Assembly (NCBI GenBank): GCA_030141605.1
Contig: JAQGDQ010000202.1
Coordinates: forward strand, 280,099-344,098
Direction of reading: 5' to 3'
DNA length: 64,000 nucleotides
Source: Tubiluchus corallicola
Lineage: Eukaryota > Animalia > Priapulida
Part shown: piece after piece, positions 55,206 through 64,000 of the stretch
Layout of the letters: each line of letters begins with the position of its first letter
Numbering within the stretch: position 1 is the stretch's first letter
Position numbers and translations under genes: made by a program
The notes under the pieces: generated by a model
The model's input: the letters and a program-made list of their open reading frames with translations, nothing else
Told to the model about the DNA's origin: nothing
Databases searched by the model: none

Positions 55206-58179
55206 TTTGTTTTTGTGTTGGGAATAATTCTTTGCTGCTACCAACGGCATGGTTTGTTTGTGCTCTCGTGATATTGATTTACGTTCTTCTTTGTGAATTT
55301 TGCTCTGTTTATATTCTGTGTAAAATACGTGTGTACTTTTTAAAATATACCGAGTAAATAATATAATAATCTCATGTTTTTAATTTAATTTTTCATTTTG
55401 TTCTTTATTTCAGCTCGCAGACGTTACATGTTTTGAGCCATATAAATACAGTCATTTATAAAGCAAATTATAAAGACATAAACTTACTATTTACAAAAGT
55501 TAAAACGAGAAACTAATTAAAAATAATTACGTGAATGAGCGTACATTAAAATTTCATTCCAGTGGGGAAAAGTTTTAGAGCATATGAAACCATTAGTAAC
55601 AGTATGGTAAATTACATATTTTGAGAAACCACTATAAGACTTTGTAAAACACCTGCGTTTAAGATTATATGTATATTTATGCAAAATAACTTTAAGATGG
55701 TTAATATAATTTTCCATTTTATTTCGTTTCTAACGTATTGTAATTATAAAATAAATACCGTGCTGATTTGTATTAAATAAATTGTCGCGCTAGTGATGAC
55801 AAATTTTACAGTGAAGCCTACTTTCATGTTTTGTTTATTAGTCAATGCATGAATTGCTTAATTTTTAGGCTTAGCGTGAAGCATATAGATTTTTTGATTT
55901 TTTTGTGAGTTTCTGTAGTAATTGCTACCCGCTGTTGACTTCAAAAATCATGAAATTCTTCTGGAACTTCTGCTTCAATCTTTCTACTATAATACCTGTT
56001 ATTTCATATTTTACCAGGTAATGTTTGTCATTTTTCGTTTATGTCTTGATAAAATTTTAAAGAATAGATATAAATGTTGCAGCAAGCCTATATATTAATT
56101 GTGAAATTATGCGCTACATGGCACATTCAGATTATTCAAGATTATACTCTCGCTTCTAGCGCGTTTAAATTCTAATACTTTTATTTATGTGGGAAATAAT
56201 GAAACTTAACACACACTTTTCCATCTTTTTGTTTCGCGCGCATTTTCTCTGTTTCGCCCATATTTTCTACCTCTACCTGTCTTTTAACTTGTCTGTGAAT
56301 AATTACAGATTTATGAGATGTTTGGCTCCAAATTTCTAAGTTTGGTTGGCCGCCGTCAGACACTCAGACACATTAAAATAAGCGGTGTCATGCATGCACA
56401 CAGACGTCTTCACACCTGTCTCACTTAGCAACAACTTGTCACCTCTCCCAAGTTCCTTTCCTAGATGAGTTGATAAGATCCGCACAAGAAATGTATTTCT
56501 GATCATTTCACTTGCGTAAGACGTAAATAAGCGTTTACATTAAATATAAATTAAACTAGTAAATGACACACTAAATCGAGGCACAATCAAGGGAGCAGGA
56601 AGTGTGCAAATGTTTATTTTAGAAGTTTAGGTACGTTAGAGATCGGGTATAATAAACGCATATAATATCTGCACTTGTACACACTTTAGTAGTTTTGTTT
56701 TTTGACCTTTACACAATTTTATCTTCATTTTCTCATATTTTCTTCTGGGATAGATATGATTTTGTTTACTGTTGTTTACTTTCAATGTTTCATCTTGTAG
56801 AGCGAAAATAAACAAAAGTTTGGTATGATTGACTGACTGGTTGGTTGCTTGGATGCTTGAATAGCTGTCAATCAGTTAACCAGTTATCAAAATCATGTTG
56901 AAAGATTAAATAAACAAGAATTCGGATGTAATTTTTACAGTAGTTAAGTGTTTTGGAATATAAAACTCAGTACATGCAAAAACAAAAGACGTATTACAGT
57001 AAGCAATTTTTAAACGGATTAGATTAGAAAGCATTGTGTACAGCTTATGTGTATGGTTTACATGCTGCTTTTCATCAGCAATTGTGGCGTTGGTTCTTTT
57101 AATTAGTGGCATTCTTATAAATTATATATTTTATATAGTTGTAGTCAGTTTCCATGTATATATTGGTTGTCAAAGCTTCTAGGTAGGCGTAGTTGTTAAT
57201 ATTAAAACCAACTTTAAAGCATTATTAAATAGAGACAAGGTTCTTATTAAATGAAGCCAAGTATATTTGGCTTTTAATTAGTTACGGATATTGATATTAT
57301 AGCCGGCTCATGTGTATCCTTTGTGGATTCTGAAGTGTAGGCTTTTACAATAATGGTGTGCAATTGCTAGAATGATGTGGGCGTGGTTAGCCTGTATTTA
57401 AGTGTGCACTTACGAAAAGCAGACTTATTAGCACTTCTTTCTGACTATTTTGCTGGTTGAGGCGGCGCCGTGGAAGCGTCGCGTTTCACACCTTCCAAGA
57501 TTTGAGGTAAAATTTGAAACGCGGTTGAAAAGTTTGTTGCATATTTGTAAATATGTGACTCTGACGCTAAAGCTGAATTAAAGGTGTGATGACGTGTGAG
57601 GGCGCCACAAAACTTCCATGTCATACTTCATGCATGGGGCAGGAAAATGGGGATTATTGCAGAAAGGGGTGTTTTAGACCTGTGTGATGTGTGTAGAAAC
57701 GTAATATATGTTAAGTTAGTTGATACCTAATATGTACATGTAGATTTATTCAGTACATTGCATCACAGCATGAGGGAGGACTGATTGATTGATTGATTGA
57801 TTGATTGAGGACGACTTATACAGCTGGAGCTGCCCCAACATGACAACTTGTATTGAAAAGTTCATAGAATGATTGGAAAATGAGGAGTTGAATTTAACAC
57901 TGTTTGGTGTTAGGAATTTAGCGCACGTAGGATGCTTTAGCACTTCTCATGTTGGTGCTGAATAACAGCAACACGAATGTGCCCTAATTGCTTGCTACAT
58001 TTTGCACTTAATGTGATGTTCTACTAGAAAACAAGCTAATGAATGAACACGTGACAAAATAACGGAAAAGTTTGTTGAATAAATCTTTTAAATGTAATCG
58101 AAAATTATGCATTTATGTATTACGTATTTATGTTTATTTATGCATAAATAAATAAATAAATAAACAAGCGTTTAACAAG

Positions 58180-58686
58180 AAATAACGGGAAAAAATAAAC
58201 AAACAAGTTAAAACCAGATTAACAAGCAAACGAAGGTAAAAATGAAATAAGCATGCCAAAAAAGAAGAAATTAATAAACAAGCTAACAAGGAAACCTACA
58301 AACAAACAAACAAACGAGTAACTTACTGACAAACAAGCAAAAATATGATAAGTAAATGAAATCAATTAGCTAATAATTTAATAAATTAGTATAAAAAGTC
58401 ATCAGCGCTAGGCTATATTTCAGGTATAACAAACAAATAACGGGAAAAAATAAACAAACAAGTTAAAACTAGATTAACAAGCAAACGAAGGTAAAAATGA
58501 AATAAGCATGCCAAAAAAGAAGAAATTAATAAACAAGCTAACAAGGAAACCTACAAACAAACAAACAAACAAACGAGTAACTTACTGACAAACAAGCAAA
58601 AATATGATAAGTAAATGAAATCAATTAGCTAATAATTTAATAAATTAGTATAAAAAGTCATCAGCGCTAGGCTATATTTCAGGTAT
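58180..58686. repeat. Near-perfect ~255-bp tandem duplication
   Basis: 58180-58427 repeated at 58435-58686; differs by one substitution and one aaac unit. Confidence 0.95.
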
Positions 58687-58869
58687 CCTGTTGGAATGTA
58701 TTTCTGAGGCATCTTCAGCTGAAGAGACATTAAATAGTGAGAACATATTTCAATGCAAAACCTGATGTGTGTTTTGATGATGATGTAGTAAATCTAAGAT
58801 GGGTGCTATTGCTTGATCAGTATAAAAAGGAAATGAATTGATAAACAGGCAAATAAGTAATTGAACAAC

Positions 58870-59030
58870 TAAGTAAGCAAGTATGCCAAAAACACCTTCT
58901 GTTGCTGTAAACGTCTATTGTAGATATTGAACCTCGTATCCTTTATTAGAGCACCCCATTGTTTCCTGTCTGCAGATAAACTTTTCAACTCTTGCGGTGT
59001 TGTTGCTAAGTTTGGTCTCATCTGTTGTAA
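58870..59030 (-). mobile_element. Probable RTE-type LINE 3' end
   Basis: LKSLSADRKQWGALI resembles the RTE C-terminal A.DR..W motif and is followed by a short tacttg/tactt repeat tail. Confidence 0.4.
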
Positions 59031-59317
59031 ATTTTTATTAAACATATAAGCAAAAAAATTAACAAGAAGTAAATATTGAAAAATAAACAACAATTTAGTG
59101 CGAACAACAACTTTATGACTTGTTGAAACATTCTGCAAGAATTTCCTAACATCACTGGCACCAGTTTCATAGATCCTTGCCTTTAAGCCACCTGCCTTCC
59201 AATGTACAAACACTTTAAAAGCCATAATGTTAATTAGTTGTGACTAAATACCATTCATTAAGTGTTTAACGTGCGACAAATGTGAACAGAGTCTCCATTA
59301 TATGTCCTTGGCTGTAG

Positions 59318-59334
59318 GACAAAATATCTTCTCG
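59318..59334 (+). CDS. Candidate 17-nt microexon of the plus-strand gene
   Basis: ctgtag|GACAAAATATCTTCTCG|gtgagt, giving DKISS(R); the phase 2 end fits exon 59755. Confidence 0.35.
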
Positions 59335-59754
59335 GTGAGTTGTGTCACCGTTGATTCTTAGTTTTTGAAATCTATATGAATTAACTGTTTGCATTATGGT
59401 AATATTTTCCAAAATGGTACAGACATTATATTTTCTTTGTGTTTTAAACTCTTTGCCAAAGTGAGTAAAAATACCTTATACAGAAGTGAGGTATCATCTT
59501 GAGCATTTTATAGCCTATAGAGTATACATAACTCATCAGTTTCAGAGGATAGCGGCTCCTGGCCATTTCTGTATTTTGAGCGAAAGATAGAGAGACAAAT
59601 GGTACTCATTATTAGTTATTGAGAGTGTACTTGATAAAACTGCAAATCAATACAATAGAACTGTAAAAATACGCCTTTGATTTTATCTGTAATGTTTCAT
59701 ATCAAGGTTTCATTTAACGTTTCCTATTTAATTAACATTTATTCTTTTTTCCAG

Positions 59755-59791
59755 GGTTGAATGGAAGAATCCGGATTTGAAGATTGTCCGT
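59755..59791 (+). CDS. Exon of an unidentified plus-strand gene
   Basis: Strong polypyrimidine ttttttccag acceptor, CGT|gtaagt donor; VEWKNPDLKIVR, phase 2 to 0. Confidence 0.65.
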
Positions 59792-60963
59792 GTAAGTGAA
59801 ACCTTTGGTTTTGACGTTTGATTTTATCTTACAGCATTCTTGCTAGTAGAAATAGATTCATTCTCGAGGAGTCTCAGTAACAACAGGAATTGAAAAGCCA
59901 AAATGGCCACGTATAGTAACATAGTGGATTTACAGCAGTTTCCAAACCTTTCGTATTATACACATTCTCAGTGGCAAGGAGTACCTACACTTTAAATTTG
60001 GATCGATACCTAAATGCATACATTCAGAATTAGTGAGACAGTGTATCCATTAGTGTATCATATCCACTTGTGAGTTTATACAGTTTAAGCTCTAATTATA
60101 ATATGAATAGTTTACAATTGTAAGTACTTTTCATCACTGAGAATGTCTATAGTAGAATACAAATGGTTTGGAAACCAGAATGAATTCACGTTGCTACTGT
60201 TTTATTTTTTCAAAGTTACAATTAGTTCTATTTCCATTTTTTTACAAAATGAAAGTCTATTCTGCAATGTTATAATAAATCGTCAGTGTTGTAATGACTG
60301 TAAGCAAAAATTTTATTTTGAACTAAAAACTAATGGAAGTAGAACACACACACACACATATATAAAAACTGTATTATATCCATTGAAATTTTTTACAGTA
60401 CTAGTTGTATCTAGAATACTGATTGCCACTGACTTGTTAACAATCCACGTAGTGATGTCATCCTGTCTTGGCTATGACACTACCTTAACTATTTGTTGTA
60501 ATTGGTTGTAAACCACCTAGTCATGTTAACCTGACTTGGATAGGACACTGTGCTTTTGGTTGTCTTGGCAACTTACCAAACTCATGACGTCCTTACTGTT
60601 TAGTTTTTGTTTTTAATGGTATTCTCCGCTAATCTTATTTTTTGTATTATTCTGTTATATCATCCACAAACTAGAATGGTATAGTTCAATGTATCAGTTG
60701 GTTTACCTAGTGGAATAGCTCATAATACCCCATGGACATGTACAATAATTTGTTACATATGAAATGGTTAATGTCACACCATGCAAAAATGACCACTGCT
60801 GTTACAGTACTTAGTATACAACATTGTGCACTCCATAGTGCATCTCACTGACCACATCATTGATATTAGAAAGTATTTACTTGTACACAGTAAGCGTGGT
60901 TAATTACATTTCAAAAAGTTTTGGTAAGACTGATACGTATTTGTAAAATATTACTTCTTTAAG

Positions 60964-61085
60964 TCGGGTCCGTCACCTCCAGAGTCGCCTGGCTCCCACG
61001 ATGCCCATCAGGAGGCACCAACAAGTTCAACAACAGGCACACCCGCTGGCGGAAACATTGCCGATGAACTTGCGAAAGGCTACAG
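60964..61085 (+). CDS. Exon of an unidentified plus-strand gene
   Basis: GC-rich island in AT-rich DNA; SGPSPPESPGSHDAHQEAPTSSTTGTPAGGNIADELAKGY(R); AG|gtcagt donor; phase 0 to 2 fits both neighbours. Confidence 0.7.
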
Positions 61086-62750
61086 GTCAGTATTTCTGCA
61101 TTATTTTTGGCTTGCAAACTTGTTGTAGTTGTGTTTACAAAACTACTGTTATATAACCACGCAACTGCAAATAGTGTAAATACAAGCTTCATTGTTTCAC
61201 GTGATTAAACTTGTTGGCCATTGAAATATTTCACTTTTTACACAATATTTGTTAATTTTATTACAATGATCATTTGCAGGTAAAAACAACAATGGATCTA
61301 TTAAGGGGACTTCTTAAGTTTTGTAATGATTACATTTTTATGTTAAGATCTGTTTTTTGGGGTTTTGTGCAAATTTGTTAAGTGTTTTATGCTGTATAGT
61401 AAATGAAGTATTTTTCATGTGGTATTAGCAGATTTTTCTTAAATAGGTAAATTATCTAAATACTTGAACAAAAACAGCAAACAGAATCTTCAAATAGCTG
61501 ATAAAATGTCTATTCGGGATGTGCTATTTATACATATACAAATGTTAAACACGTACTTTTTTCATATTTCTAAAGAAATGTGTAACATTTGCTTCAGCAG
61601 CACAACTTAGCTGGAATAACATACAGTCCACTGTGTGCATTTTCCTGCTGTAGCTTCAACTGTGCAGACTGGGCTTTGGTAAAGTTGACATTGTTGTGGT
61701 TACTGAGTTTTTTGTCTGCCATCTAAGGGCGAGTTAAAAAAAGCACTGCAACCGTGTAATTGCACTACATGCAGTTGTGTGATATCGATAATGTAGTGAC
61801 TTTGTTTTTTATTAAATTTTATTAATCACTCGATGTACATGTATTATTTATTAATTATTTATGGTATATAAGTAAACTTCTTTCATTAAACTTAATATAA
61901 TAGTAGATAGTGAAGGAGTAGTGTCCCTGTCCCACCTTGTAACAAGTATTACAAGACACAGGCGATTCAGGATTCTTTATTTCATTTACCTGGTTTATCA
62001 TACCTGTCATCAGTGACGCCTTATTGAGATATTATCAACCCGATGTCCTGTCTGAATCACCTGGTTTGGCTTTCACGCTCCCATTGCATTTGTTCATTAT
62101 TTAATTGCTTTATTGATGTGGCCACTCAGAGTCACCATAGTTGTTTATTGTGGCTGTTATTGGATAATTATCAACTTCAATCTGTAGTGGAACAATGGAA
62201 GGTTAACACTTGACAAGTCTTTGATCATGGGCTGTGCTAGTCAGTCATTGTAGGATGGATATGTATTCATAATAAGAGTTGAAACTTAAAAACAAGATGA
62301 TTTTAAATAGTAATTATAACTTATTAAATTAAACAAACGAATTAAATTAAACTTAATGAATTAAATAAGCTTGCCATTTTTCTAATGTCTGAATTTAACT
62401 AGGTTCCTATAATTTTTTCTGCACCACACAAGTTATAATTTATCGTTTTTACTTAATGCTCATAGATTGTTTTGAAGATAACAATTATTTTAATGCATCC
62501 TCTGCCCAAAAGTTTAATAGAGATTTGAAATTAATTTGAAATTTTAAATATGAGTAAAGCAAGTGAAATAAAAGCAAAATTTAGAACAATTTTTTAAAGA
62601 ATTTAAACCTTTTGTTTTCTGTTTAAGTAAATTGATATGTGTGATCTTGTGCATTTTTTGCTGTTTATTGTAAAGATGATAATGTCAAAATTCATATCAG
62701 TATCATGTCTTTTCAATGTATTAGTAACTTTCACATTTTCTGATTTTCAG

Positions 62751-62880
62751 ACGTTGTTTAGGCTTTTTTATACCACCAGAATACATGGACAAAGATGCAA
62801 TATATAACATGAGTACTCAAGAACTTGTGTCTTTCCCTCTCGATGAATTCTTCGACCATTATGAAAAGGGACTCAAAGGG
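62751..62880 (+). CDS. Exon of an unidentified plus-strand gene (continues beyond the window)
   Basis: ttttcag acceptor, GGG|gtaggt donor; RCLGFFIPPEYMDKDAIYNMSTQELVSFPLDEFFDHYEKGLKG, phase 2 to 0. Confidence 0.75.
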
Positions 62881-64000
62881 GTAGGTTGAGGAATTAAATT
62901 AAATATTGCAGGCGTGCGTCAGATTAAGTTTAAGTTTTGCAAACATTTGTCATAAGAGTTTTGCACCATGGTCATTCTTGTCATTATCATCATCATTGGT
63001 GTTGTTGTGAACACAATCAGAAATTGTCGCTGGTTCTGTCTTGTTGAACGTTTGGCAGAAATTTATCCAACCTATCTTTTTACTATTATTACTAAATTTT
63101 CGCCATATTAACTAGAAATTTTTTCTGTGAGTGATACTGAAAATTGCTCATTTACTGAGATTGCTCAAAAGAAGTTAAGTGACAAGAGACTGGGATTTTG
63201 TTTTGCAATTGTCCAGGCAATAATTACACACCAATTAGTTGTAAATAAATAAAAACATTTCTGTGACACCTGCCTTTCTACTGGGGTTTTTCATTTGCAA
63301 AAGTAGACCAGAAGCCAGGCTGGAAAAGATGCTGCACCACCCACGAAAGCCTAGACACTACAAATGCCCCATGTCCTATATCCATCTATTTTTCACGCTT
63401 GTCACTATAAAACTCTAATTAAATGTAAAACTATCCATAGTTTATTTGTTTTGCAACCATTTTAACACATTAAAAAGACAAATAGAATTGAATACAAATT
63501 TAAGCACCATTTACCAGTCTTGACCAAGAACAAAATTCAATTCAGTTATTGAGTTCACAGCTGAAGGTCATAGATATATCAATACTAACAGTATGTTTAT
63601 TTTGAACCGACATTGCGGTGAAACTAGTATGGCTGTTTGTGGTTTGAAAAACTAAATTCTTTTTTAAGGGATTTATGTAATTTACTTTCATATTCTGTCT
63701 TTAGTGGCCTAACATATTACACTCACATCAGTTTTTTTTGATACCACGCTGACGTCAACAGAAACTTTTATGCCCACATATATATTAAATTTTCCACACG
63801 AATTCCAACCTAGGCAATTGTAAGGATGACATTGAATCAAAGTCTCCCCATTAATCACAGTTAAAGGTTAATCGTGTACTGAAGGGTTGTTGACAGTGAT
63901 CATGTTATGCAGAAGATGAGCAAATTTTCAAATCTTTTAAACTTCATGTGAAAGTCATTAATCCTCTAATCCTTAGAAAAATAAACTGGAATGAATTAAT

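Overview
AT-rich, microsatellite-rich eukaryotic (invertebrate animal-like) genomic DNA with spliced genes. The minus strand (444-17589, with candidate first exons further upstream) carries six phase-consistent exons of a PET + multi-LIM protein of the LIMPETin/Limpet/LIM-9 type, whose 3' end lies left of the window. Nested antisense in one of its introns is a two-exon gene for signal peptide + 10-Cys Frizzled cysteine-rich domain + spacer + GPI-anchor-like tail, interrupted by a single in-frame TAA just before Cys1. The 38-50 kb region holds a head-to-tail array of non-autonomous Helitron units with a hAT MITE inserted at a junction, an internally deleted CR1/L2-like LINE relic with a degenerate 2A-like NPGP/PHD head, and a near-perfect ~5.9 kb palindrome (2.88 kb arms, 159 bp spacer). 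Phase-compatible plus-strand exons of an unidentified gene lie at 59.3-62.9 kb and run off the right end. All calls are by manual reading; no database searches were run.
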